This document shows, in pieces, positions 27,040 through 36,478 of a DNA stretch of 38,757 bases. The position numbers and the translations under genes are program-made. Numbering within the stretch: the stretch's first letter is position 1; the number at the start of each line of letters is the position of its first letter. Source of the DNA: a candidate division WOR-3 bacterium (lineage in GTDB: Bacteria; Hydrothermota; Hydrothermia; LBFQ01); the NCBI GenBank assembly GCA_027050205.1, contig JALUCS010000073.1, forward strand, positions 1 through 38,757, written 5' to 3'. The notes below the pieces were generated by a model that saw only the letters and a list, made by a program, of their open reading frames with translations, was not told the origin of the DNA and searched no databases.

Positions 27040-27098
27040 CCCATCGCCCTCCCTTCCCCGCAGTGCTGATTATAAAGGGGGCCTCCTGCTGCGGGCTG

Positions 27099-29054
27099 CT
27101 ATCTCACTACCGTTTTGGATACTTTCCCGTCCCGGATGATGAAGTAGATGCCCCGGTGCCTGATGTCCTTCGGGGATTGGCCAACCTTTCGGCCGGAGAC
27201 GTCATAGATACCCTCTTTCGTAAGGTACGGAGAGAAAGACCGGAACTCGGCCGTAGGGAGCGGCAACCTGAAGCGCAGGAAGTGTATCCCCTTATAGGTG
27301 GTACCTACCGCGAGGTTTCCATCCTTGAGGCGGAGTTTCCGGTAGTCGGGCGTTGTCGCGTTATCGTAGCTGTTGGAGCCGTAGTAGGCCACCGGGTTTA
27401 GGGAGTCGGAGGGGGAAAGGGCGAAGACACCGCCGGAGCCTACGGTCATAACGTAATCCCGAATCCCCTCGGCGGGGGTTAAGTCTCCGGGGATGTGGTA
27501 GAGGGGGTTTAGCGGAAGTAGGGAGAAGACGACCGTACTGTCCGGATAGGACCAGCCTTGATAGGAGAGGACGAGGTGGTGAGATGTGAGGGATAGGGAG
27601 ATAATGGAAAGGACGTAGTCGCTGAAGGTGGTGCTGTCTATCGTCGGATAGGAAGGGTTGGCAGCGTTCAGAACCTTCACCACCCCCGGCCCAGCGATGT
27701 ACCCGACGGCGAGTAGGGTATCCTGCAGGTCCATATGGCACCTGCTACACAGCACCGTATCAACGACGGGGGAAGAAGGATCGGCGAGGTTGAGGACGGT
27801 ACCGCTCCCCGGTACGAAGAGGAGGGAATCCAGGCTCTCCATATCCCCGCCGTAGAGGGGGGCGTATATCCTGGAGGCCAGCGTAGGGTTTTCGGGGTCA
27901 TATACGGCGTAGATGAGGAGGGTATCGGAGCCGTCGGGGTGGGCTACGAGGGCGTTCCCGGCCACCTCAAGGTCCGTTATGGGGCGGTCGGTAGGTACCA
28001 CCCTCATAAGGCGAGGGGAGGAGATGGTCGCTAATCTCACGACGGCTATACCCCTTCCGGTCCCTACGTACATGTAATCCCCGTAGAGGGCGAAGGTAAT
28101 GGAGTGGAGGGAGGGGATGCGGGATAGAAGCACACTGTCCTCAAGTATCAGCAGACGGGCGTGGAGGGTGTCTCCAAAGTGGCCGTTGAGGGCGACGTAG
28201 TTGAGTCCGGCGTAGGCCACAAACCCCTCCGGGACCGTCATATGGGGGAATCTCCTGCTCCATAGCCTTAGTGGGGATTCGGGGTCGGAGATATTGTAGG
28301 CGTACAGCGACGTACCGGAGACGTGATCGTAGCCGAAGAGTATCCCTCCGGAACCCCACATATCCCTTAGAGGTTCGGGTATGACGCTCCCCTTGTAGGA
28401 CAGGGCCGGCAGCACCTGGTAGACGTCCACGTACCTCCCGCCGCGATCGTACTGGCGCAGGGCGAGGAGGTAGTCCCCGTGGGAGGTTATGGCTCTGTAC
28501 GGCCCGCTCAAGAGGTAGAGGGTGTGGGAAGGGTCGGATGGGGAGAAGATCTCAACGTTCTCGCTTACGAGAGATGCAACGAGGGTATCCACAAAGACCA
28601 CGTCCCGCACCGTCCCCGGATGTACCCCTATCAGGGTGGAATCCCTGAAGATGAGGGTTCCGCAGTTGTAGGCGGCGAGTGCGACCGTACCCTCCCTAAC
28701 GTCCAGACCCATGGCCCCACCGCAGGGAAGGACGTACTCCCAAAGTTTAACTGGAGACAGGGGATCCCGTAGGTCGTAGGCCTCCAGACCTACGCCGAGT
28801 AATGCGATGTATAGGGTGGAGTCGGAGTAATCGTATGCCACATCCTTTACGAAATCCCTGGTGGTTATGCGTCCTATGAGGGATGGATTTCGGGGATCAA
28901 AGAGGAGGTATATCTCAACGCCGCTTCCTATGGGTAGGAACAGCAGCCCCCTCGCGGTGTCCCCCTCAAGGGAGGAGGTCATCCCGTAAGGAAAGACCCC
29001 TACAAGGGTCGCGTTCAGGGAATCCAAGGTGGTAAAGAGGACGGTCAGTAGCAT
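27099..29054 (-). CDS. Secreted LVIVD-type beta-propeller repeat protein with T9SS-type tail
   Basis: Repeats such as YDLRDPLSP, YNISDPESP, VYDPENP, LNLADPSSP and LNAANPSYP; tail IYDVSGRKV...GIYFIIRDGKVSKTVVR; SD GGAGGT. Confidence 0.75.
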   Translation of the reverse strand: MLLTVLFTTLDSLNATLVGVFPYGMTSSLEGDTARGLLFLPIGSGVEIYLLFDPRNPSLIGRITTRDFVKDVAYDYSDSTLYIALLGVGLEAYDLRDPLSPVKLWEYVLPCGGAMGLDVREGTVALAAYNCGTLIFRDSTLIGVHPGTVRDVVFVDTLVASLVSENVEIFSPSDPSHTLYLLSGPYRAITSHGDYLLALRQYDRGGRYVDVYQVLPALSYKGSVIPEPLRDMWGSGGILFGYDHVSGTSLYAYNISDPESPLRLWSRRFPHMTVPEGFVAYAGLNYVALNGHFGDTLHARLLILEDSVLLSRIPSLHSITFALYGDYMYVGTGRGIAVVRLATISSPRLMRVVPTDRPITDLEVAGNALVAHPDGSDTLLIYAVYDPENPTLASRIYAPLYGGDMESLDSLLFVPGSGTVLNLADPSSPVVDTVLCSRCHMDLQDTLLAVGYIAGPGVVKVLNAANPSYPTIDSTTFSDYVLSIISLSLTSHHLVLSYQGWSYPDSTVVFSLLPLNPLYHIPGDLTPAEGIRDYVMTVGSGGVFALSPSDSLNPVAYYGSNSYDNATTPDYRKLRLKDGNLAVGTTYKGIHFLRFRLPLPTAEFRSFSPYLTKEGIYDVSGRKVGQSPKDIRHRGIYFIIRDGKVSKTVVR

Positions 29055-29639
29055 AATCTTACCTCCGATCGTTATTCTATAACCGTCAAATTTATACCCA
29101 TCAAGTTCGGTTTTAGTTTGTAATTTTTGATATTATCATCAAATTCGTGAAATCTCATTTTTGATTGAAATCAAACATTTGGGTGATAGGAATCGTTTCA
29201 CCTTACGCTGTGGGATGACCGGGTATTCTACCGATGAGATGCTCCGGACCCCTTAAAACGGATCAGTTGGATTGGACAAGTTTATAGGGTCACTACCAGT
29301 TAAAAATTTTTAAAGGATTTATAAAACAAAATGTCAATATAGCATCAAATTGTTTAAAATTTTGAAATATATTTAGTACCTAAAAGCAAATTAATAATAA
29401 GTGAAGAAAGGGTCAAAATTTTCTCAACTTTTTCTACAATTTCCTGTGCATTATCCATAGAATGATACTCCATACCCCCACCGGGAAACCGATACAGCCC
29501 GCTAGAATGGGGAAATATTCCGCCCGAAGACGACTTTTCATCCCCACACGAACGCAACTCGGTACAGGGCGTCTTCTTCGTAGTGGCCGATGGCCACATT
29601 TACACGGTAGTCATTAAGGTAATCTCCCGATTATGGACA

Positions 29640-29676
29640 AAAATAGGGGGGCTTATGCCCCCCCTTTTCTTTTTTA
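29640..29676. terminator. Bidirectional intrinsic terminator downstream of nrdJ
   Basis: GGGGGGC-TTAT-GCCCCCC flanked by an A-run on the left and a T-run on the right. Confidence 0.8.
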
Positions 29677-29685
29677 AGGTATTCC

Positions 29686-32067
29686 CTACTCGCACTTGGA
29701 GTAGCCGCAGTTCTTACACACCCAGCACCCGTTCTCGTTTATCAACTTCTCCCCGCACTCCGGACAGAACACCCCCTCCACTATGTCCCCGTCCTCCCTT
29801 ACGGCTTCAACCTCGTACTTCACCCCCTCCTTCTCCGGCGTCAGCTTCACGACCACCTCCACGGGGGGCCTCTCGTTCTCCTCAACTACGGGGAGGCCTC
29901 CGCTCTCAAGGAAGGTCTCCAAGGCCCTTGCTATGGCGTCGGGGACCGACCATATCAGGCTACCGTCGGGCTGCCTGACGGGGGAGGAGGACTTTATCCC
30001 CTTCAGCTGGTGGATTATGGCGTCCGGTGAGACGTTGGAGCGGAGGGCGAGAGATATGAGGCGGCCTATGGCCTCGGACATAGCCATCAGGGAGGAGCCG
30101 GACTTACCGAGGTGTATGAATACCTCCTTGGGGCCGTTCTCACCGTCCGTATTCACGGTTATATAGACCGTGCCGAGTTCGGTCTTGAACTTGTAGGTCT
30201 TCCCCACCATCACCATAGGCCTGGGCTTAGGGGAGATCTTGCCGCTTATATGGACGACCTTCCTCTCCTTCTCCTCCTTTTTCTCCTCTTTCTTCTCGGT
30301 TATGAGGATGCCCTCCCTGGAGCCTTCGCGGTAGACGGTTACCCCCTTGAGGCCGGATCTGGCGGCGAGGGTGTATATCCTCCCTATCTCCTCCGGTGTG
30401 GTCTCCCTCGGTAGGTTTATGGTGGAGGAGATGGCCTGGTCTATGTGCTTCTGTATGGTAGCCTGCATCAGGACCCGCTTCTCCGGGTCTATCCTGTGGG
30501 CGGTGATGAAGAAGTCGGGGAACTCCTCCTCGTCCATCTCCTCCCTCCCCAGCATCTCCATGTACTGGCGGGCGAGGGGGTGGTAGACCCGGAACTCGCC
30601 TTTGGAGAGGCTTTCGCTTCTCCTGATGTAGTAGAGGGCGAAGATAGGCTCAATTCCAGAGGAGGTGCCGGCCAGAAGGGAGCCAGAGCCGACGGGGGGG
30701 ACGGTGAGGTAGGCGACGTTCCGGAGGCCGTACTTCGCTATCTTATCAATCAGCTCCCCGTCAAAGTCGGCGAAGAAGGGACTCTCAAGGTGCTTGCTTC
30801 CGTCGTAGTCGGGGAAGGTACCCCTCTCTATGGCCAGATTTACCCCCTCGTCGTAGGCGACGTGCTTTATCCATCGGAACAGCCGGCCCACCAGATCTAT
30901 CGCCTCGTCGCTGTCGTATCTCAGGCGGAGTTTGGCCAGCATGTCCCCCAGACCGGTGAAGCCCATCCCTATCCTCCGGCGCCTGTAGGAGGCTTCCCTC
31001 TGGCCGGGGAGTGGCTCCCGGTCAAGGTTGTAGTCGTTGATGTTGTCAAGGAAACGGACGTTGTACCGCAGGGCCTTCTCCAGGGACTCGTAGTCTATCC
31101 GGGCGTCTTCGGTGAAGGGGTCAAGGACGAAGTAGGAGAGGTTTACGTTGGAGAGGTTGCAGGCTCCGTAAGGCTCAAGGGGTATCTCGGAGCAGGGGTT
31201 GGTGCTTATCACGGGGGCGACGTACCAGCCGGTGTCGTACTTCTTGACGTTGGACCACAGTATTATACCCGGCTCTGCGGAGGCCCAGGCGTTGTTTATT
31301 ATCAGGTTCCACAGTTCGCGGGCGGGCATCCTCCTCTCTATCCTCCTCACCTCCTCGCTCTCGTAGGCCATCACCCAGACCTCGTCCCTCTCCACCGCCT
31401 CTATAAGCTCGTTGGACACCTTTACGGATATGTTGGCGAACCTGACCCTCCTCCTTTCGGGGTCGTTCTTGATGGTTATGAACTCCGGCACGTCGGGATG
31501 GTCGTCGTTTATGGTTATCATCAAGGCCCCCCTACGCCCCTGCTGGCCTATGGTCCCGGTGACGTGGGAGAACAGGTCCATAAAGGAGACGGATCCAGTG
31601 GAGAATATGGCGGCGTTGTTGACGGGGGCGCCGGCCGGTCTTAGGATGGAGATGTCTATCCCCACGCCTCCGCCCCGGCTGTAGGTCTTGGCCATCTCAC
31701 GGGCCGCCTCAAATATGCCGTCTATGGAGTCCTCTTTGATGGGAATGACGTAGCAGTTCTTTAGGGTGACCCTGCGGGGGTTCCCGGCCCCGAACATTAT
31801 CCTGCCGCCGGGTACCACCTTGAAGTCCTTCAGCATCCAGTAGAACCTCTCCTCCCATACCCTGCGGCTCTCCTCGTCCGCCTCTACGGAGGCCACCTCG
31901 CGGGCCACCCTCCTCCACATCTGCTCCGGGCTGTCCTCAAGGACGTTCCCGTCGTAATCCCTTAGGGCGTACTTGTCAAGGAAGACGCGGGCGCGCAGTT
32001 CGTCCCCGCCGAACCAGGCCTTTACCTTTTCAAAGGTCTCACTGTCGTATCCCTTACCCAGCGCCAT
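29686..32067 (-). CDS. nrdJ: Class II (adenosylcobalamin-dependent) ribonucleotide reductase with C-terminal TSCPD-like domain and zinc ribbon
   Basis: NCYV, GGGVG, RRGALM, TNPCSE, GACNL, RRIGMG, ISSTIN, KGVTVYREGSR and CPEC...CWVCKNCGYSKC motifs; no ATP cone. Confidence 0.92.
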   Translation of the reverse strand: MALGKGYDSETFEKVKAWFGGDELRARVFLDKYALRDYDGNVLEDSPEQMWRRVAREVASVEADEESRRVWEERFYWMLKDFKVVPGGRIMFGAGNPRRVTLKNCYVIPIKEDSIDGIFEAAREMAKTYSRGGGVGIDISILRPAGAPVNNAAIFSTGSVSFMDLFSHVTGTIGQQGRRGALMITINDDHPDVPEFITIKNDPERRRVRFANISVKVSNELIEAVERDEVWVMAYESEEVRRIERRMPARELWNLIINNAWASAEPGIILWSNVKKYDTGWYVAPVISTNPCSEIPLEPYGACNLSNVNLSYFVLDPFTEDARIDYESLEKALRYNVRFLDNINDYNLDREPLPGQREASYRRRRIGMGFTGLGDMLAKLRLRYDSDEAIDLVGRLFRWIKHVAYDEGVNLAIERGTFPDYDGSKHLESPFFADFDGELIDKIAKYGLRNVAYLTVPPVGSGSLLAGTSSGIEPIFALYYIRRSESLSKGEFRVYHPLARQYMEMLGREEMDEEEFPDFFITAHRIDPEKRVLMQATIQKHIDQAISSTINLPRETTPEEIGRIYTLAARSGLKGVTVYREGSREGILITEKKEEKKEEKERKVVHISGKISPKPRPMVMVGKTYKFKTELGTVYITVNTDGENGPKEVFIHLGKSGSSLMAMSEAIGRLISLALRSNVSPDAIIHQLKGIKSSSPVRQPDGSLIWSVPDAIARALETFLESGGLPVVEENERPPVEVVVKLTPEKEGVKYEVEAVREDGDIVEGVFCPECGEKLINENGCWVCKNCGYSKCE

Positions 32068-32195
32068 GAGTGGGTAGTCTTAGGGGGAAAGGGGAGGGGG
32101 TGCAAGGGGGAGGGAGTGAAGGATGGACGGGAGGTCGTACCGGCTCTGGTAAAATATGCCCACTTAAGGCGGGGGGTCGCCCTTAAACTCCTCGG

Positions 32196-32747
32196 ATGAG
32201 CAGGGAGGAGGCGATAGCGCTCGTTAGGAAGCACGTCAGCAAACCTAACCTCGTAAAGCACATGATAGCCGTCGGCGGGATAATGAGGACGTTGGCCAGA
32301 TATTTCGGGGAGGACGAGCATCGCTGGGAGCTGGCCGGCATCCTCCACGACCTTGACTACGAGTACACGAACGAGGACCCGGACAGGCACCCGGAGGTGG
32401 GGGTTGAGATGCTCCGGGAGATGGGGTTTGAGGACGAGGAGATCCTGCACGCCATACTGGCCCACAACCGGAAGGTTCCGTTTGAGACCTTGATGGATAA
32501 GGCACTCTACGTGGCCGACCCGACGAGCGGCTTCATAGTGGCGGCCGCCCTCATAAGGCCAGAGAAGAGTCTGGACGCCGTAGACGTACCTTTCCTTATG
32601 CGGAGGTTCAGGGAGAGGAGCTTCGCGAGGGGGGCGAGCCGGGAGCAGATGAGGATGTGCGAGGAGCTGCTCGGTCTGAAGCTGGAAGATTTCTACGCCA
32701 TAGCCCTTGAGGGTATGAAGGAGGTTAGGGAAGACCTGGGTCTTTGA
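32196..32747 (+). CDS. HDIG-type HD-domain phosphohydrolase
   Basis: KHMIAV, GILHDLDYE, AILAHN, ADPTSGFI and FARGASRE motifs. Confidence 0.85.
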   Translation: MSREEAIALVRKHVSKPNLVKHMIAVGGIMRTLARYFGEDEHRWELAGILHDLDYEYTNEDPDRHPEVGVEMLREMGFEDEEILHAILAHNRKVPFETLMDKALYVADPTSGFIVAAALIRPEKSLDAVDVPFLMRRFRERSFARGASREQMRMCEELLGLKLEDFYAIALEGMKEVREDLGL

Positions 32748-32894
32748 GGGGTTTTGACCTTCCGTCCTTATAAGCGTTGGCAGAGGTAAACCTCCGCTTT
32801 GGACACTACCGATAGATAGACGAAAATATCCCATAGGGCAATAGCCGTTATGAGTAACTACCAAAAATCTCCATCCCACCGTACAGGACGGGCC

Positions 32895-32917
32895 GGAGGG
32901 GGGATACCCCCCCTTTC
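32895..32917. terminator. Hairpin between the convergent HDIG and fadD genes
   Basis: GGGGGG-ATAC-CCCCCC followed by CTTT, adjacent to the fadD stop. Confidence 0.45.
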
Positions 32918-34588
32918 CTACCTCTGCTTCTTCTCCTCCTCCTCCCTCAACTTCCTCCGCAGGACCTTCCCTATGAAGGTCTTGGGTAGCTCGTCCCTGA
33001 ACTCCACCTCCCTGGGACACTTGTACTTGGCCAGTTTCTGGCGGCAGAACTCTATTATCTCCTCCTCTGTCGCCGTCGCCCCCTCCTTGAGGACGACGAA
33101 GGCCTTCACCCTCTCGCCTCTTTCGGGGTCGGGGACACCTACGACGGCCACCTCCTTCACGGCCGGGTGGTGGAAGAGGACCTCCTCAACCTCCCTCGGA
33201 TAGACGTTGTACCCGGAGACGATTATCATATCCTTCTTCCGGTCCACGATGTAGAAGTAGCCGTCCTCGTCCATCTTCGCTATGTCCCCGGTGTATAACC
33301 AGCCGTTGCGGAGGGTCTTGGCCGTCTCCTCTGGCCTGTTCCAGTACCCCTTCATCACCTGCGGCCCCTTCACTATCAGCTCCCCCGGCTCCCCTACGGG
33401 CATCTCCTTCTCCCCGGTCTCCGGGTCCACTATCTTGGCGTCGGTGTCGGGGAAGGGTATCCCTATACTTCCGGGCTTGTTTAAGCCGTGGATGGGGTTG
33501 GCGTGGGTCACGGGAGAAGCCTCGGAGAGGCCGTACCCCTCAAAGAGCTTCGCCCCGGTTAGCCTCTCAAACTCCTCCTTCACCTTCACCGGCAGGGGGG
33601 CGGACCCGGATATACAGGCCTTTATGGAGGAGAGATCGTACTTCTCAATATCAGGCATATGGATGATGTCTATGTATATCTTGGGCGCTCCGGGGAAGAG
33701 GGTGACGCGGTGCTTCTCTATGAGCTTGACCACCTGTCGCACGTTGAAGTGGGGGACGAGGATGATCTTGGAGCCTGTCAGGGTGGAGAAGTTCATGGCC
33801 ACCGTCATACCGTAGACGTGGAAGAAGGGAAGGACGGCGAGTACGGTCTCCTTACCCCACTCCAGCTTGGGGAACCAGTGGATGGTCTGGTACGCGTTGA
33901 CGACCAGGTTGTAGTGGGTCAGCATTACGGCCTTGGGGAAACCGGTCGTACCGCCAGTGTACTGGAAGAGGGCGACGTCCTCCTTGGGATCTATGGCCAC
34001 CTTCGGGGGGTTCGGAGGGTACTTCAGGAGGTCCTGAAAGGCGTATATCCCCTTCCCCTTGGGTATGCCCGTGGGCAGGCCCTTTATTCTCATCCGGAGT
34101 TTGTAGCCGAGGCCGAGGAGGGTGGGCATGTACTCGGCGAGGGAGGTGTATATCACCCTCTTGAGGGGGACCTTCTTGCTCACCTCCTCCACCTTCGGAC
34201 TCAGGACAGCGAGGGTTATTATGGTCTCGGCGCCGGAGTCCTTGAGGATATGCTCCAACTCGTAGGGCATGTACAGGGGGTTGGTCTGGACGACTATGGC
34301 TCCGAGTTTGAGGAGGGCGTAGTAGGAGATCATGAACTGGGGGGAGTTGGGGAGCATCACGGAGACCCTGTCCCCCTTGCGGATGCCAAGGTCGTAAAAG
34401 GCGGTGGCGAGGCGGTCTATGGCCTTCTGGAACTCCTCGTAGGTTATGTCGGTCTTCATGAAGTGTATGGCGACGTTCTTCGCGTACTCCTTCGCCTTCT
34501 CCTCAACCAACTGCGGGAGGGGTACCTCCGGGTAGTCTATGCTCCGGGGTACCCCCTCATCGTAAAACCTGTACCACGGTCTGTTCAT
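32918..34588 (-). CDS. fadD: Long-chain-fatty-acid--CoA ligase
   Basis: YTGGTTGFPK, EGYGLSEASP, TGDIA, DRKKDMII and PKTFIGKVLRR motifs. Confidence 0.92.
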   Translation of the reverse strand: MNRPWYRFYDEGVPRSIDYPEVPLPQLVEEKAKEYAKNVAIHFMKTDITYEEFQKAIDRLATAFYDLGIRKGDRVSVMLPNSPQFMISYYALLKLGAIVVQTNPLYMPYELEHILKDSGAETIITLAVLSPKVEEVSKKVPLKRVIYTSLAEYMPTLLGLGYKLRMRIKGLPTGIPKGKGIYAFQDLLKYPPNPPKVAIDPKEDVALFQYTGGTTGFPKAVMLTHYNLVVNAYQTIHWFPKLEWGKETVLAVLPFFHVYGMTVAMNFSTLTGSKIILVPHFNVRQVVKLIEKHRVTLFPGAPKIYIDIIHMPDIEKYDLSSIKACISGSAPLPVKVKEEFERLTGAKLFEGYGLSEASPVTHANPIHGLNKPGSIGIPFPDTDAKIVDPETGEKEMPVGEPGELIVKGPQVMKGYWNRPEETAKTLRNGWLYTGDIAKMDEDGYFYIVDRKKDMIIVSGYNVYPREVEEVLFHHPAVKEVAVVGVPDPERGERVKAFVVLKEGATATEEEIIEFCRQKLAKYKCPREVEFRDELPKTFIGKVLRRKLREEEEKKQR

Positions 34589-34592
34589 CTCT

Positions 34593-36368
34593 TCAGTCCG
34601 TGAAAGGGTACTTCTCGCCCTCTATCACCTTCTCGGCTATGCTACGGCGTATTATAACGGCGTTGGGCGGTGTGAAGGGCCTGGCGAGCTTGCGCACCAT
34701 GGAGACCAGAGCCTTAAGCTCGTCCCCCTCGGCCATGTACGGCAGGAAGTCGTAGGCCCGCCTCTCTATGTACTTGATGGCATCGTAGGCGTAAAGTTCA
34801 ACCATTGAGGCCATCAGGGAGTCCCCGCTCTTTAAGGCCCGCAGGAGGGCGCTCTCAAGTCCATAGACGGCGATGACGATGTCGGCGAGGCCACCGAGGA
34901 CCTCCTGCTCGTCCCTTATCCTCTCCCTGAACTTGTCGGCGGTTATGGCGGCTATGGTAAGGGCCATCCTCTTGGCCATCTGGAGGGCGAACTTGGGTTC
35001 GGATAGGGGTCCCTCCGGCCTCGGCAGCATAGTGGGCATAAGCGTTAGGGTCTCCTTCGCTACCTTAGCGGCGACGGGGACGAGGGGTATTAGGCCCTTC
35101 TCGGCCCTGCGGACGAGCATCCCCGGTATCAGGAGGCGGTTTATCTCGTTGGTACCCTCAAATATCCTGTTTATGCGGGAGTCCCTGTAGAACCTCTCGG
35201 CGGGGTACTCGGCTATGTAGCCGTACCCTCCGAATATCTGTACCGTCTCGTCCACGACGTAGTCCAACATCTCGGAGCCGAAGACCTTGACGATGGAGCT
35301 CTCAACGGCGTACTCGGCGACGGTGTCCCACGCCCTCTTTGGATAGTCCGGGGCCTCCGGGTCCAGCTCCTTGACGGCCTCGTCCAAGAGACCGGCGAGG
35401 CGATAGACCATGGACTCCGCCACGAAGAGGCGAAGGGTCATGTTGGCTATCTTCTCCCTTATCAGGCCGAAGTTGGCTATGGGCTGGCCGAACTGAACCC
35501 TCTCCTTGGCATACTTCACGGCCGTCTGGAGAGCGTACTTGGCGGCACCGACGGCCCCCACCCCCAGCTTGTAGCGGCCTATGTTGAGGATACCGAAGGC
35601 TATGTGGTGTCCCTTGCCTATCTCACCGAGGACGTTCTCAACGGGGACCTTCACGTTCTCAAGGGTTATGGCGCGGGTTGAGGACCCCTTTATCCCCATC
35701 TTCTTCTCCTCCGCCCCGAACTCCAGACCGGGGGTGTCCCGCTCCACTATGAAGGCCGTGAACTTCTCGCCGTCCACCTTGGCGAAGACGGTAAAGACGT
35801 CTGCTATGGCGGTGTTGGTTATGAACTGCTTGTTGCCGTTGAGGACGTAGTACTTCCCGTCGTCGGAGAGGGTGGCCTTGGTCTTTATGTTCATGGCGTC
35901 CGTTCCGGCGTTGGGTTCGGTCAGGGCGTACGCCCCTATCAGCTCTCCCGTAGCCAGTCCGGGCAGGTATTTCTGCTTCTGCTCCTCCGTCCCGAAGAAG
36001 ACTATGGGCAGGGTCCCTATGCCTGTGTGGGCGCCCCACGTCACGCTGAAGGACCCCTGCTTGGACATCTTCTCGGCTATGAGCATTGAGGACACCTTGT
36101 CCAGCTCAAGGCCTCCGTACTTCTCCGGTACGTCGGCAGCCAGGAGTCCTAACTCTCCGGCCTTCCTCATCAGGGAGCGGAGGAGCTCAAAGTCCTGGGC
36201 CTCTATGCGGTCCGTGTTGGGCAGGACGTCCTTCTCCATGAACTCGTCGGCCGTCTGGGCCAGCATCTTCTGCTCGTCCGTGAAGTCCTCCGGCGTGTAA
36301 GCCTCCTGAACCGGAGTCTCCTCAAGGAGAAATCCTCCGCCACGCTTATATACGGGTTTCTCTGCCAT
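34593..36368 (-). CDS. Acyl-CoA dehydrogenase (long FadE/AcdA type)
   Basis: KGGGFL-like N-terminus, YALTEPNAGTDA, KMGIKGSST, QIFGGYGY and RINRIFEGTNEINR; start placed at ATG 36368. Confidence 0.93.
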   Translation of the reverse strand: MAEKPVYKRGGGFLLEETPVQEAYTPEDFTDEQKMLAQTADEFMEKDVLPNTDRIEAQDFELLRSLMRKAGELGLLAADVPEKYGGLELDKVSSMLIAEKMSKQGSFSVTWGAHTGIGTLPIVFFGTEEQKQKYLPGLATGELIGAYALTEPNAGTDAMNIKTKATLSDDGKYYVLNGNKQFITNTAIADVFTVFAKVDGEKFTAFIVERDTPGLEFGAEEKKMGIKGSSTRAITLENVKVPVENVLGEIGKGHHIAFGILNIGRYKLGVGAVGAAKYALQTAVKYAKERVQFGQPIANFGLIREKIANMTLRLFVAESMVYRLAGLLDEAVKELDPEAPDYPKRAWDTVAEYAVESSIVKVFGSEMLDYVVDETVQIFGGYGYIAEYPAERFYRDSRINRIFEGTNEINRLLIPGMLVRRAEKGLIPLVPVAAKVAKETLTLMPTMLPRPEGPLSEPKFALQMAKRMALTIAAITADKFRERIRDEQEVLGGLADIVIAVYGLESALLRALKSGDSLMASMVELYAYDAIKYIERRAYDFLPYMAEGDELKALVSMVRKLARPFTPPNAVIIRRSIAEKVIEGEKYPFTD

Positions 36369-36478
36369 AATCTCCGGTATTATACGGCGGGAAACGGCTT
36401 GCAACCTTTTCAAAAACGCATATAACTTGACGGTATAATTCGGGCTCCATCCCGCCTTAACATACTCCCTACGGCTGC

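Noticed and set aside
29055..29685. oriC
   Set aside because: Only one near-consensus DnaA box, no dnaA/dnaN nearby, and no switch in gene orientation.
32068..32195. Cobalamin riboswitch or NrdR box upstream of nrdJ
   Set aside because: The gap is short and shared with a divergent gene; no B12-box or NrdR palindrome is visible.
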